Source: Promethearchaeia archaeon (GTDB taxonomy: Archaea; Asgardarchaeota; Lokiarchaeia; Sigyniarchaeales; SOKP01). From it: a DNA stretch of 51,523 nt. Under the pieces are notes generated by a model that was given only the letters and a program-made list of their open reading frames with translations, was not told where the DNA came from and searched no databases. Shown piece by piece: positions 10,003-20,485 of the stretch (position 1 is the first letter of the stretch; each line of letters starts with the position of its first letter). The translations under genes were made by a program, and so were the position numbers. Where the stretch lies: contig JAHQWH010000034.1 in NCBI GenBank assembly GCA_029856105.1, positions 1 to 51,523 on the forward strand, read 5' to 3'.

Positions 10003-10935
10003 TTAGAAAGTATCATCATTCTTCTTTAAGAAATCTAACAACTCGTTTTCTTTAGGCATGCCAGATCTCGCACCTAATTTTTGAATTTTCATAGAAGCTG
10101 CAGCATTACCGTATTTACAAGCCTTCTCCAAATCCCAACCTTTAATCCAGTAAGCTAGAGAAAATGCGCCATTGAATGTATCTCCTGCGCCCGTAGTATC
10201 AATAATTTGTTTAATATCGTAAGTAGGTATCCTTTTTTGAAAGTCACTTGTGGTTATTAACGCTCCTTTACTCCCCAATGTAATAATTACAATAGGTATC
10301 CCTTTTTTCACCAAAATTTTAGCTGCTTTTTCAGGGCTATCGCTTTGTGTAATTGATTTTGCCCCTTCTTTATTTGGAATTAAAATATCAGCATTTAAAA
10401 GTAGATTTTTTAAATTTTCCCAACCTCTTTGCGCAATTTGAGATTCTAAATCAATGCTAATTTTAACATTATTTCTTTTAGCAATTTCAATGGCTTTTTC
10501 AGTAACTTCCTGATGAATCATTGTAGTATGTAATAGCTTAGCTTCTGCAATAAAAGATTCGTTTAAATCGTTAACATCTATTTTTGTTGTTTGCATATGA
10601 GGGGATTGAATTATTGACTTTTCCCCTTGAGCAATAAATATAAAATTAACAGGCGTTTTTTTATTTAGCTTCTTTACAATAAAAGTTGCGTCTACCTTTT
10701 CTTTAGCAAAATCATCAACCAAGAAATTACCATACGAATCATCTCCAATAGCACCTATAAATCCGCATAAACCCCCCAGTCTAGCTATTGCTACTAAATA
10801 ATTAGCTGTAACGCCGCCAGAAAAATAGTTTTCGCTTAATGCATCAATCTTTTCATCCGGTTTTGGAAAGTGTGGTATTTCGGCAACCCAATCTAAAACA
10901 ACTTCGCCTAACCCTACAATGTCAATATACCGCAT
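10003..10935 (-). CDS. PfkB/ribokinase-family carbohydrate kinase
   Basis: GGVTAN..ARLG, PNKEGA, TLGSKG, DTTGAGDTFNGA. Confidence 0.93.
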   Translation of the reverse strand: MRYIDIVGLGEVVLDWVAEIPHFPKPDEKIDALSENYFSGGVTANYLVAIARLGGLCGFIGAIGDDSYGNFLVDDFAKEKVDATFIVKKLNKKTPVNFIFIAQGEKSIIQSPHMQTTKIDVNDLNESFIAEAKLLHTTMIHQEVTEKAIEIAKRNNVKISIDLESQIAQRGWENLKNLLLNADILIPNKEGAKSITQSDSPEKAAKILVKKGIPIVIITLGSKGALITTSDFQKRIPTYDIKQIIDTTGAGDTFNGAFSLAYWIKGWDLEKACKYGNAAASMKIQKLGARSGMPKENELLDFLKKNDDTF

Positions 10936-11023
10936 GTTTCCTATCTAAAAACTAATAATTTTTAAGATAATTTATGAAATAGAAACAAAAATTAATAAAA
11001 AAGCTTTTTTTATAAAATTTTAT

Positions 11024-12748
11024 TTAAGTCAAGATTTCCTTCATACTTTTTTCTAATTCTTCTTCCACATTGATATTCTGAAAATCTGAAGCAACAATTT
11101 CGTAGGAATCGCTATAATCATTAAATTGAACTTTTCCTTTAATCATAATATCTCTTCCAACGAGTTCTGAGGAGAAATTCTCTAACAATTTATCATAATC
11201 CGGAGTATCTTTCACTTTAACAATTAAATCTGCCTTAGTACCAACTAATTTCTCTGCCGTTTCTCCTATGAAAGTAGCCCTAATCTTACCGCTTTCATCC
11301 TCGACGATATGACTGACTATCATTGTCATTTTAGTATCTCCCTTTTTATCACAAGTACAATTATCAATCTTTTTTCTACAATTTGTACATGCTTCATAGA
11401 ACCTGATGTTCTTTAATTCATTTGAAATAAAACCTTTAATTTCAAAAAAGCCAGATGATTGAATCGAATTTATTTCTGTGAAATTTTTCGAAAAAGAACT
11501 ACTTCTTTCTTTAGTAGGGGTTTTAGCAATTTTTAAATTTGAGATTTTTAAATCTATTTTATCTAAAATTGAATCAAATAAAATTGTTGCTTCATTTTTT
11601 TCCCAATAATTACTAAATCTTAATTCAACATTTTTTAACGAAATTCCCTCTCCAATCTTTAAAGACTTCGATAATTCATCTGCTTTTTCCCGCCATGCAG
11701 TAATTCTTATGCTATCGGTATCGTCACTTGCCGTAAAACTTAATAGGGACACCTCATCTCCTGATTTTAGCGTAATCTTCCTTAAGTCTTCTACTGCAGT
11801 AATAACGCCCTGAAATGAAGCGTAACCCTTCTCCTGTTGAAGCTTTACGATTCTATCAATAAATTTTGCATCTAACTTCAATTCTTTATCTTTTTTAGTT
11901 ATTTTTGTCCACGAATTTGCGTGCACATCTATTCTGTTTTCGGCATAGTTGCTTTTTCTAGGATTTAGGTTAGTCAGCGAAATAAAATCACCAGCTTCAA
12001 GGTTTTCGATTTTCTCGATATCTTCGTTCCAAAAAGTAATTCTTACTTTTCCCGTTGAATCTCTTAGTATTATTGAACTTACACTACCGTTTTGACCATC
12101 TTTTCTAGTGAATTCTTTTACGGGGAAACGGCTCATTATCTTTCCCTCAGTTGATATAGATCCTAAATTTTCATTGATATCTTGTATATTTACGAATTGT
12201 TCTTTAATTTTTGGGTATTTTTTATAATCAACATCCTCAGGACCCAAATTAATTTTGCTAAATCCTCCAACATGAATTTCAATTCCACCATCTCTTCCTT
12301 TTTTTGCATTAGCATTTGAAATTTTAACAATTTCATTTTTTTCAAAGCGTTCATCTTTAAAAATGCTCACTTGCTCATCCCATAAAACAATTCGGATATC
12401 CCCGGTATTATCATGCAACAAAAACGATCCTACATATCCTGTTTCTCCACTTTTTTTATTGAAACTATTAACACGATGAATTTCCTTAATTCTACCGACT
12501 ATCACTATATTTTTCATATTTAATGTAATATCTGAGATATTTAACTCAATTTCATTCAAAAGTTCCTTGTTTTCACTCGTCACATCTACTCCTAATTCTT
12601 TAGCAATTACAAACAAAGCTCCTTCGTCTGAGATTAAACCCTTAAGTTCTTCTTTTTTTTCTTCTACTAAGCTTTGAATATCAGTTCTAGATAGACCAGT
12701 ATCCTCAATAATTTTATTAATATATGCTTCCGTTTTCATTTCTTTCAC
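11024..12748 (-). CDS. rpa: Replication protein A large subunit (multiple OB folds plus Zn finger)
   Basis: Repeated DxTGxIRxxxW OB motifs, YEACTNCRKK, DESGKIRATF; N-terminal GLISDEGALFVIAKELGV. Confidence 0.9.
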   Translation of the reverse strand: MKEMKTEAYINKIIEDTGLSRTDIQSLVEEKKEELKGLISDEGALFVIAKELGVDVTSENKELLNEIELNISDITLNMKNIVIVGRIKEIHRVNSFNKKSGETGYVGSFLLHDNTGDIRIVLWDEQVSIFKDERFEKNEIVKISNANAKKGRDGGIEIHVGGFSKINLGPEDVDYKKYPKIKEQFVNIQDINENLGSISTEGKIMSRFPVKEFTRKDGQNGSVSSIILRDSTGKVRITFWNEDIEKIENLEAGDFISLTNLNPRKSNYAENRIDVHANSWTKITKKDKELKLDAKFIDRIVKLQQEKGYASFQGVITAVEDLRKITLKSGDEVSLLSFTASDDTDSIRITAWREKADELSKSLKIGEGISLKNVELRFSNYWEKNEATILFDSILDKIDLKISNLKIAKTPTKERSSSFSKNFTEINSIQSSGFFEIKGFISNELKNIRFYEACTNCRKKIDNCTCDKKGDTKMTMIVSHIVEDESGKIRATFIGETAEKLVGTKADLIVKVKDTPDYDKLLENFSSELVGRDIMIKGKVQFNDYSDSYEIVASDFQNINVEEELEKSMKEILT

Positions 12749-12912
12749 TATTTTTAAAAGGTTTGTTTATTCAAAGATAATTTTAGAATTAATACTTTAA
12801 AAATAAAACTATTTAATAATTAATTAATCACTATTTAAAAAAAAAAAGGGTATTTCATATTGGTAATTTGTTGATTTTTTCTTAATAAAAATATAAATTT
12901 TAAGTCGAAAAT

Positions 12913-13656
12913 ATGAGTAGTTTTAAGATCATACCGGTAATTGATGTGTTAAATTCTGAAGCAGTCCACGCCATAAAAGGAGAACGAGAGAGATACAAAC
13001 CGTTAAAGGCGGTTTGGATTAATAACTGTGATCCAATAAAAATAGTTAAAAAATTAAAAGATGATTATGAAATCAATGATATATATATTGCCGATTTAGA
13101 CGCAATAATCAAAAAAGAACCTAATTTTAAGCTATTAGAAAAAATTTTAACCATACCAAATGTTAAAATCATAATTGATCCAGGAATTTTGTCTATAAGA
13201 AATGTTAAAATATATTCTAACTATAACATAGATACATTAATTTTAGGATTAGAGACGATAAAAAATTTAGAAGTTATTTCTAAATGCTTAAAAATTTATG
13301 GTAAGAATAAAACTATTGTAAGTATAGATATGTACAACGAATTGATTCAAACCAATATAAAAGAATTACAAAATCAGAAGCCAATTGAAATTATAAAGAA
13401 GATTGAAAATTTAGGAGTTGAAAAAATAATTCTACTTGATCTTTATAAAGTAGGACAAAAGTTAGGTGGAATCCCGCAGTTATATCAAGAAATAAGGGAT
13501 GAATTTAAGGGAAATATAATAGTTGGAGGAGGAATTAAGGATATGAGTGATATTAAATTATATAATCAGCATAATTTCTCAGGAGTTCTAATAGGGACCG
13601 CCTTACACGATGGAACTATTAATATTGATAATATAAGAAATTTTAATAAAAGTTAA
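12913..13656 (+). CDS. HisA/HisF-like TIM-barrel protein (type associated with methanofuran/H4MPT genes)
   Basis: IIPVIDV..AVHAIKGERERYKP, YIADLDAI, VGGGIKD, GTALHDG. Confidence 0.8.
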   Translation: MSSFKIIPVIDVLNSEAVHAIKGERERYKPLKAVWINNCDPIKIVKKLKDDYEINDIYIADLDAIIKKEPNFKLLEKILTIPNVKIIIDPGILSIRNVKIYSNYNIDTLILGLETIKNLEVISKCLKIYGKNKTIVSIDMYNELIQTNIKELQNQKPIEIIKKIENLGVEKIILLDLYKVGQKLGGIPQLYQEIRDEFKGNIIVGGGIKDMSDIKLYNQHNFSGVLIGTALHDGTINIDNIRNFNKS

Positions 13657-14183
13657 TCAATAAAAATCACACCAGAACTTGATACATTTAAAGATTTTTT
13701 ACAAACTGGACAAGCGTGTTTCATTCTAACCCAATCAATGAAATGTCCTTTATGAGCTTTCGCTTCACAGATTGGACAACCAGTCACTTCATCGAAAATC
13801 TCAATATTCTTTCCACAAACAGTACATTTCGTTTTGGATGCAGTAGAGATTCTAATAATTTCCTTTTTTATATCAAGCACAACGTTTTCAGTATTTTCAG
13901 CAGTAGGATTAATCTGTTTTAATTCCGTTTTAGTATCAACGCAAAAGATAGTTCCTTCGCTATCATCCTTTTTATTGCCAATCCAAACAACCTTACCCTT
14001 GAAATAACTGGATCCTTGATTTTCTAAAGAGAGGTTCAATCTTCGATCTTCCATTACAAATGTTTGAATAACTTTAGTATATTTTAACCAATCTAAATTT
14101 AAGGATATTTGTTTAATAACTTCAAATGGTTCTCTAAATACTTCGTTTGTTATGTCTACTTTTGTGATTTCTTTTGGGGACAT
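13653..14183 (-). CDS. RING-like zinc finger protein (putative E3 ligase)
   Basis: CTVC..CPIC..H..HFIDWVRMKHACPVC RING-variant with conserved Trp. Confidence 0.75.
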   Translation of the reverse strand: MSPKEITKVDITNEVFREPFEVIKQISLNLDWLKYTKVIQTFVMEDRRLNLSLENQGSSYFKGKVVWIGNKKDDSEGTIFCVDTKTELKQINPTAENTENVVLDIKKEIIRISTASKTKCTVCGKNIEIFDEVTGCPICEAKAHKGHFIDWVRMKHACPVCKKSLNVSSSGVIFID

Positions 14184-14395
14184 AATAAATTCATAATTTT
14201 TTTGATATTTAATAATAATTATTTAATTTAAATTTTTATATCATTTGTTCTTTATTTGTTTTAATTTAATTACAAATATCTAAAAATAAAAAAATATTTT
14301 AGTTTGATAATATAAAAGATCTATCAATTAAACGCATTTATTTATTAAGATTGGTAAATTCTAATCGTTCCATTCAGAATTATATTTAAATTTGA

Positions 14396-15136
14396 ATGAT
14401 TATGCAAAAAAGAATCAAATTGTTGATAAGTCCAAAAGATATTGAGGAAGCAAAGGTTATAGTTCAAGATAAAGATGTAAATTATATCGATTGCAAAAAT
14501 CCAAGCGAAGGTTCTCTTGGAGCAAATTTTCCTTGGATTATTAAAAAAATGAAGAGCTTAATTTCTCCTAATAGCTCTCAATTATTGAGCGCAACTATTG
14601 GAGATTTTCCTAATTTACCTGGTTCAGCTTCGTTAGCGGCTCTAGGTGCTTCAGTATCGGGGGCAGATATTATTAAAGTTGGGCTTAAAGGACCAAATAC
14701 CGAAAAAGAAGGCATAGATTTAATGACTAAAGTTGTAAAAGCTGTTAAAGATTATAATATGGATATAAAGATCGTCGTAGCGGGTTATGCCGATAGAATA
14801 CGGATGGATTCATCACCAGATTTTTTATCCATCCCCACTATTGCAGAAAAATCTGGTTCTGATATTGCAATGCTTGATACATTCATCAAAGATGGAAAAA
14901 ATTTGTTTGATTTTTTAAATGTTGAACAATTAAAACAGTTTAGAGATAAATCAAAAGAATCAAACCTTGAAGTTGCTTTAGCTGGAAACTTATTGAAAGA
15001 TTCAATCCCTAAAATAAAAGAAATCTCACCCGATTTAATTGGCGTTAGGAGCGTAGTTTGTGAAGGATATGACAGAAATCATGGAATGATTAAAGGGTAT
15101 CTTATCGAAGAATTAAAATTAGAATTATACAGTTAA
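14396..15136 (+). CDS. mfnB: (5-formylfuran-3-yl)methyl phosphate synthase (DUF556)
   Basis: LLISP..EEA, DCKNPSEGSLGANFPWII, SATIGD, MLDTFIKDG, ALAG, GVRSVVC. Confidence 0.92.
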   Translation: MIMQKRIKLLISPKDIEEAKVIVQDKDVNYIDCKNPSEGSLGANFPWIIKKMKSLISPNSSQLLSATIGDFPNLPGSASLAALGASVSGADIIKVGLKGPNTEKEGIDLMTKVVKAVKDYNMDIKIVVAGYADRIRMDSSPDFLSIPTIAEKSGSDIAMLDTFIKDGKNLFDFLNVEQLKQFRDKSKESNLEVALAGNLLKDSIPKIKEISPDLIGVRSVVCEGYDRNHGMIKGYLIEELKLELYS

Positions 15137-15143
15137 ACCGTCT

Positions 15144-15668
15144 ATGAGGGAATTTCAAATAGATAATTCAGATCTCAGTATAAAAGAAGCAAATAAAGAA
15201 GATTTAGTTGACTTAAATCTGTGTGCAAAAGAATTTTTGCAACTAATTGAAGATTTTAATATCAATTTTTTAAATCGCAAATATTTTACATTAACGGCAT
15301 ATTATAAGAAACTTTTAGTGGGAATTTTAGTTGCAGAAGAAAAAAATCACAAGGTTGATTCGTTGGAAAAAATTGTGCCTAAAACGAATCTTTATTTGAT
15401 ATATATAAATCCAAATTTCAGGAAAAAGCATATTGGACAAAAAATATTAAAAAACTACTTAACCATTCAAAAAAAAAAAGGAATTGCTTCTATTTTTGTA
15501 GAATTACCTCAAAAATATAAAAAAGGGATTCAATTTTTTCAACATAATAAGTTTCATCAAATTAATAAAGTGAAAGATAAAATTATTTTAGAAATTAATT
15601 TATGGAACGATTTCGGAATTAGATCCTCTGAATTTATAGCAAATAATCTTAGTGATGTATTTAATTGA
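15144..15668 (+). CDS. GNAT-family acetyltransferase
   Basis: IYINPNFRKKHIGQKIL acetyl-CoA motif A, FFQHNKF. Confidence 0.75.
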   Translation: MREFQIDNSDLSIKEANKEDLVDLNLCAKEFLQLIEDFNINFLNRKYFTLTAYYKKLLVGILVAEEKNHKVDSLEKIVPKTNLYLIYINPNFRKKHIGQKILKNYLTIQKKKGIASIFVELPQKYKKGIQFFQHNKFHQINKVKDKIILEINLWNDFGIRSSEFIANNLSDVFN

Positions 15669-15754
15669 ATATTATCTGAGAAACATCTTTTAAATTTTTT
15701 AAATAATCGTTCTATTTAATAACATTATTTTGGTTACATTAATAAACTAAATTT

Positions 15755-16579
15755 ATGTACAATAAAGAATTAGGAATTATCGGTATTGGAAAAATCGGTT
15801 CTGGCTTATTAAAGAGATTACTTTCTACGGATACTCTTAATAAAAATGAAATTATTATTTTTGATATAGATGAAAACAAAAGAAATATACGATCTAAGGA
15901 ATTTAATGTTGAGATTGCTGAAAGTAACGCGGATTTAGTGCGCTCATCCAAATATGTTTTAATTGCTGTTATTCCCCAAGTAATAGATACCGTTTTGCGT
16001 GAAATTGGGCCAATAATTACAGAACAACAAACAATTATTTCTATAGCAGCGGGAATTTCTCTTACTCACATTACTAAATTTATTAATAACCCAATAGGAT
16101 TAATAAGAATTATGACAAACACTCCAGCACTTATAGGTGCTGCAGCAACGGCAATAGCATACAACAATAACATCAAAGATTACCAAAAAGACTTTGTTAA
16201 AAAACTTTTTAATGCAGTCGGTATAGTAGTAGAATTAGACGAAATTCATTTAGATGCGGTTACAGGATTATCTGGAAGCGGTCCCGCTTATATTTTTATT
16301 ATTATTGAAGCATTAGCTGATGGTGGCGTGAAAATGGGATTACCTAGAGCCGTATCTCTAAAATTAGCTGCTCAAACTGTTTTGGGTTCCGCAAAATTAC
16401 TATTAAAAACTGGTAAACACCCTGGAGAACTGAAAGATATGGTAGCCACGCCTGGAGGAACGACGATCACTGCAATACATGAAATTGAATCTGCTAAGTT
16501 GAGAGCAACCATGATTAGAGCCGTAGAATCAGCTACAATAAAATCAAAATCATTAAATTCAGCAAAAAATAAAAATTAA
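15755..16579 (+). CDS. proC: Pyrroline-5-carboxylate reductase
   Basis: GIGKIG, SIAAG, RIMTNTP, TGLSGSGPAY, VATPGGTT. Confidence 0.96.
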   Translation: MYNKELGIIGIGKIGSGLLKRLLSTDTLNKNEIIIFDIDENKRNIRSKEFNVEIAESNADLVRSSKYVLIAVIPQVIDTVLREIGPIITEQQTIISIAAGISLTHITKFINNPIGLIRIMTNTPALIGAAATAIAYNNNIKDYQKDFVKKLFNAVGIVVELDEIHLDAVTGLSGSGPAYIFIIIEALADGGVKMGLPRAVSLKLAAQTVLGSAKLLLKTGKHPGELKDMVATPGGTTITAIHEIESAKLRATMIRAVESATIKSKSLNSAKNKN

Positions 16580-16584
16580 TTGTT

Positions 16585-17538
16585 TTAAAAAGAGATTGTA
16601 TTTTTATTGTTAATAGATAACTTAAATATTAATATTTCTGGTTTATATGTATTTAAAACTTCAAGAACCTCGTTTTCTTTTCCTTTTTTACAAAATATAT
16701 AAACTGAGCGCCCTAATTGATTCATACTGGCACCTATGATATCTAATTTGTGTAAATCATTTAATAATTCCCTAATTCTATCTAAATGTAAAATATTCAA
16801 TATCTCTGACTCTTCTACAAATTGAAATGAAACCTTAATAAAATTTCTATAATTAGGCTCTAACATTAATTTATTTAAGGCAATCTTACCTGCTCGTTTT
16901 ATTTTTGAACTCAAACTTGCGTCTGATAAAATTGATTTTGTTTGTATCGTTCCAAAAGAACCACAAATCACTAAAAGATCATTAGGACTTTTTAAGCGCT
17001 CATAAGTGCAAGGATAACCGGGTTCCTTTAATATGCATAGACCTCGTCCTAATTGTCCACAAACGGTTCCTAATCCTGTTTTTTTTACTACTTCTGCAAT
17101 ATGGGCAATCTTTCCGTTTTCAAAATCATCTAAGTTTAGATTAAATAGTTTGTTCAACCCAAAAATCGTTCCTAATGCACCTGAACCACTTGCGCCATAC
17201 CCACATCCAACGGGTAAATCGAAAAAATGTTCAATTTTAACTTTAACGGGATCTTTTATTAATTTTTTAACATAATCAAAGATAAAACATGTTGTTTCTG
17301 CTTTTTTATCAAACTTTTCTTCATTAATATAAATTGTACAACAACTTTCTTTTCCCTTCTCTAAGTTTTCAAATGATAAATCTGTTCTTCCTTTCCCACT
17401 TACGTTAAATCCAGCTCCTCGAGAACCTATTTGTTCAGGATTGTTAATTTTATTGCCATTTTTTTTATCTACAATCTCAAAAAAGCCAGAAATACGATGT
17501 GGAACTTCAACTGTAATTTTATTTGTCGTATTAGCCAT
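16585..17538 (-). CDS. Pantoate kinase (GHMP family)
   Basis: PHRISGFF, GSRGAG, PVGCGYGASGSGAL, AHIAEV..TGLGTV, SMNQLG. Confidence 0.9.
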   Translation of the reverse strand: MANTTNKITVEVPHRISGFFEIVDKKNGNKINNPEQIGSRGAGFNVSGKGRTDLSFENLEKGKESCCTIYINEEKFDKKAETTCFIFDYVKKLIKDPVKVKIEHFFDLPVGCGYGASGSGALGTIFGLNKLFNLNLDDFENGKIAHIAEVVKKTGLGTVCGQLGRGLCILKEPGYPCTYERLKSPNDLLVICGSFGTIQTKSILSDASLSSKIKRAGKIALNKLMLEPNYRNFIKVSFQFVEESEILNILHLDRIRELLNDLHKLDIIGASMNQLGRSVYIFCKKGKENEVLEVLNTYKPEILIFKLSINNKNTISF

Positions 17539-17611
17539 ATTCCTTGAATAATCAAATTTATCAATTCAATTATATATATTATTAAAAAGTAAAAATTAAT
17601 TATATTTTATT

Positions 17612-18319
17612 ATGAATAAGAATATTGTGATAAAGATTGGGGGTTCTCTTTTATTTTCTGAAGGGAAAACGATAAATTCTAAAAGAATTACTGAATTTTG
17701 CAATATAGTTAAAAACAACAAAGAATACGATTCCATTGTTATTGTTTGTGGCGGCGGAATAGTAGCGAGGGAATACATTGATGTTATAAGAGATTTTACT
17801 CAGAATGAGGCTTTATGTGACTTGATTGGAATTGATATTTCCCGTATAAATTCTCGATTAATTATTTCCAATTTAAAAGAATTTGCTTACCCCCAAGTAC
17901 CAAAATCAATTGAAGAGTTATCAATTGCTATTCTAACTCATAAAATTGTAGTAATGGGTGGTTTACAACCAGGGCAATCGACAACTTCCGTAGCTATCGA
18001 AGTTGCAGAATATATATACGCAAACAAGTTAATAATCCTCACAGATGTAGAAGGTATATTTGATAAAGATCCAAAACTCTTTAAAGATGCAAAATTGATT
18101 AAAAATCTTTCTTATGATAAATTACGAGAAATAATTTTACAATCATCAGGAGCTAAGCAAGCAGCTGCGGGAGAGTATAGGATTTTTGATGCAGTTTCTT
18201 TACAAATATTAAAAAGAAGTAAAATTACAGTAATGGTAATTTCAGGAAAAAAGTTAATTCAATTTAAAAAATTTTGGAATAATGAAAAAGAGATTATTGG
18301 TACTACTATATCAAACTAA
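17612..18319 (+). CDS. pyrH: UMP kinase
   Basis: VIKIGGS, GGGIVAREYI, GGLQPGQSTT, TDVEGIFDKDP. Confidence 0.95.
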   Translation: MNKNIVIKIGGSLLFSEGKTINSKRITEFCNIVKNNKEYDSIVIVCGGGIVAREYIDVIRDFTQNEALCDLIGIDISRINSRLIISNLKEFAYPQVPKSIEELSIAILTHKIVVMGGLQPGQSTTSVAIEVAEYIYANKLIILTDVEGIFDKDPKLFKDAKLIKNLSYDKLREIILQSSGAKQAAAGEYRIFDAVSLQILKRSKITVMVISGKKLIQFKKFWNNEKEIIGTTISN

Positions 18320-18399
18320 GATTTTTTTTAATAAATTATTTTAATTTGCAACATTTTACTAACATAGTTCTAAACAGTCAATATAAAGATGAAATAAAA

Positions 18400-18627
18400 A
18401 TGTCTCAAGCTTCATGGAAAGACCAAATTAAAAAGAAATGGGGGCCACATGGTCATTGTCCAATATGCGGAAAGGCAATGCCAACGGATAAGCAATTTTG
18501 CAGTCAAACTTGTCGAGATAATTATCTCACCCATGAAAAAAAGAAAAAGAAAAAAAGTAGGATTCAAATGCTTTTTATGTTCGGGATGATGGCGGTTCTT
18601 TTTGTATTTATGATCCTTATGGGATGA
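18400..18627 (+). CDS. DUF2116-like Zn-ribbon membrane protein
   Basis: PHGHCPICGKAMP..FCSQTC plus C-terminal TM; ATG at 18400 preferred over TTG 18346. Confidence 0.8.
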   Translation: MSQASWKDQIKKKWGPHGHCPICGKAMPTDKQFCSQTCRDNYLTHEKKKKKKSRIQMLFMFGMMAVLFVFMILMG

Positions 18628-18716
18628 TAATGCGAATATCACCTCATCTTTAAAAAATTATTAATTTATACTTATCATTACAAAATATATAAGAGATAGT
18701 AAAGAATTGAAATAGA

Positions 18717-18882
18717 GCAGAGATAACCAAGCCAGGTCAAAGCAAGAATTATTTCTAAATAAGGAATAACAAAGCGGCAACCGGTGATGGACATTTTCAA
18801 AAACCGTAATCTTTTGCGTTTTTGAACCACACTCAAGATCCATTGACATAGGTCTACAGGGGTTCAAATCCCCTTCTCTGCA
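18717..18882 (+). tRNA. tRNA-Leu(CAA) with two introns (18741-18781 at 21/22; 18793-18832 at 32/33)
   Basis: GCAGAGA/TCTCTGC-A; spliced D-arm ACC-AAGCCAGGTCAAC-GGT parallels the Leu(TAG) gene; ATGGA-CTCAAGA-TCCAT; relaxed BHBs (3 of 4 central pairs). Confidence 0.88.
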
Positions 18883-18919
18883 TTTTTTCTTTAAATATTT
18901 CTCATTTCAACCTATTCAA

Positions 18920-19288
18920 TTATTTATCATTGGTGTTAGAGATTTCATCTAACGCTTCATTTAAGAATAAGATTAGCGTTTTTGCAATCTCATTTTCGTT
19001 TTCTACTAATTTTAAAAACAACAACAATAATACTGGAGCATTAAGATAAGAAGATGTTTTTTCAACAATAATTTTACTTAATAATTTTCTTTGGACTCCG
19101 AATAACTGATGTGTAACTGATGACGCTTTCATTCCTTCAATTGTAGGTGGGCTTCCTAAAGTTACATTTCCGATACCTCTGTTTTCCTGATCAGAGATGA
19201 GCAAGAGATAACTTTTTTGTAATTTAAAAAGAGATAAATAAATCTTAATCTTATCAATCTCTTTAGATTTTTCGATTATGGGTCTCAT
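18920..19288 (-). CDS. Putative proteasome assembly chaperone 4-like protein
   Basis: 122 aa; LLLISD..GIGNVTLGSP..LFG..SKIIVEK...PVLLLL pattern resembles PAC4/PSMG4 fold (by eye). Confidence 0.5.
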   Translation of the reverse strand: MRPIIEKSKEIDKIKIYLSLFKLQKSYLLLISDQENRGIGNVTLGSPPTIEGMKASSVTHQLFGVQRKLLSKIIVEKTSSYLNAPVLLLLFLKLVENENEIAKTLILFLNEALDEISNTNDK

Positions 19289-19327
19289 TTCTTATAAATA
19301 CTATTAATGATTTAATAAATTTGCGCT

Positions 19328-20140
19328 TTATAGACCTTTTATGTTTGTTTCTTTAATAGCTTCTTCTACTTCATAATTTTTATGAACAATTAAATAAAGC
19401 GCTTTCACAACTTTTGTCGGATTATCCGCCTGAAAAACATTTCTTCCATAGGCAACTCCAGCGCCTCCAACATCTATGGATTGCTTAGTGGTTTCTAAAA
19501 GTTCTTTAATCCCCGCCTTAACGCCTCCTGCGATAATTACTGGTGCCATGCACCCCTCAACTACTTCACTAAAAGAATCAGGGTCCCCCGTCCAATTAGT
19601 TTTCACAATATCTGCCCCTAGTTCAGCAGCGACTCTTGCTGCTATTTTAACAACCTCAAAATCGTGTTCATTTTCGATCTTTTCCCCCCTAGGATACATC
19701 ATAGCCAAAAGGGGCATTCCAAACTCTCGGCATTCACGTGAAACTACACCTAGAATTTCTAGCATTTCTGGATCTGTCTTTGCTCCAATATTAATATGCA
19801 AAGATACGCCATCGGCTCCTAATTTTACTGCGTCTAAAACATTATTAACTAAAACTTTATAATTTGACTTGGGACTTAGAGAAGTTGAACCAGATAAATG
19901 TAAAATTAAGCCAATATCTGGACCATATCTTCTATGGGCGTATAATGGAATCCCTATATGTCCTAAAACGGCATTTGCCCCCCCTAAAGCTATTTTGTTT
20001 ACCATCTCACCTAAATTTCTTTTAATTCCTTTAATAGGACCTACAGTTAATCCATGGTCCATAGGAACTATGATCGTCTTATTTGTTTCCCTATTAAAAA
20101 TTCGTTCTAATCTAATTCTTTTGCCTATATAACCCGAAAT
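19328..20140 (-). CDS. DhnA-type class I aldolase / ADH synthase (AroA'), probable ATT start
   Basis: VPMDHG, AMMYPRG, AAELGADIVKT, GRNVFQ; frame extends upstream through IGKRIRLERI to ATT at 20140 with GGTGA 7 nt upstream. Confidence 0.9.
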   Translation of the reverse strand: MSGYIGKRIRLERIFNRETNKTIIVPMDHGLTVGPIKGIKRNLGEMVNKIALGGANAVLGHIGIPLYAHRRYGPDIGLILHLSGSTSLSPKSNYKVLVNNVLDAVKLGADGVSLHINIGAKTDPEMLEILGVVSRECREFGMPLLAMMYPRGEKIENEHDFEVVKIAARVAAELGADIVKTNWTGDPDSFSEVVEGCMAPVIIAGGVKAGIKELLETTKQSIDVGGAGVAYGRNVFQADNPTKVVKALYLIVHKNYEVEEAIKETNIKGL

Positions 20141-20254
20141 TGCTTATTCACCAATTAAACAATGAATTTATAATTTTATTTAAATTGAGAATTATATAAT
20201 ATAGTTTACAGCATTTTTTTAATTCTATTAAATTATATAAGTCTTTGAATTCTA

Positions 20255-20476
20255 ATGTCTAGGTCCAAACACAATTCTACTATTAAAAAGAATAATGCGC
20301 TGACACGATGTTATAACTGTGATAGTGAAATTATTGACCCAAATCAGAAATATTGTGAAAATTGCAAGGCAATCCTTAATCCTAACGATTTGAAGTGGAG
20401 AAATAGTTTTATTGCTTTTATATGTCTATTATGTTTAATTCCCTTTATTATCGTAGTCGTTACTAATTTAATGTGA
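20255..20476 (+). CDS. Zinc-ribbon protein with C-terminal TM helix
   Basis: CYNC..YCENC plus hydrophobic tail. Confidence 0.7.
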   Translation: MSRSKHNSTIKKNNALTRCYNCDSEIIDPNQKYCENCKAILNPNDLKWRNSFIAFICLLCLIPFIIVVVTNLM

Positions 20477-20485
20477 ATATAATTA

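Noticed and set aside
18661-18867. 68-aa minus-strand ORF
   Set aside because: Antisense to the intron-containing tRNA-Leu(CAA)
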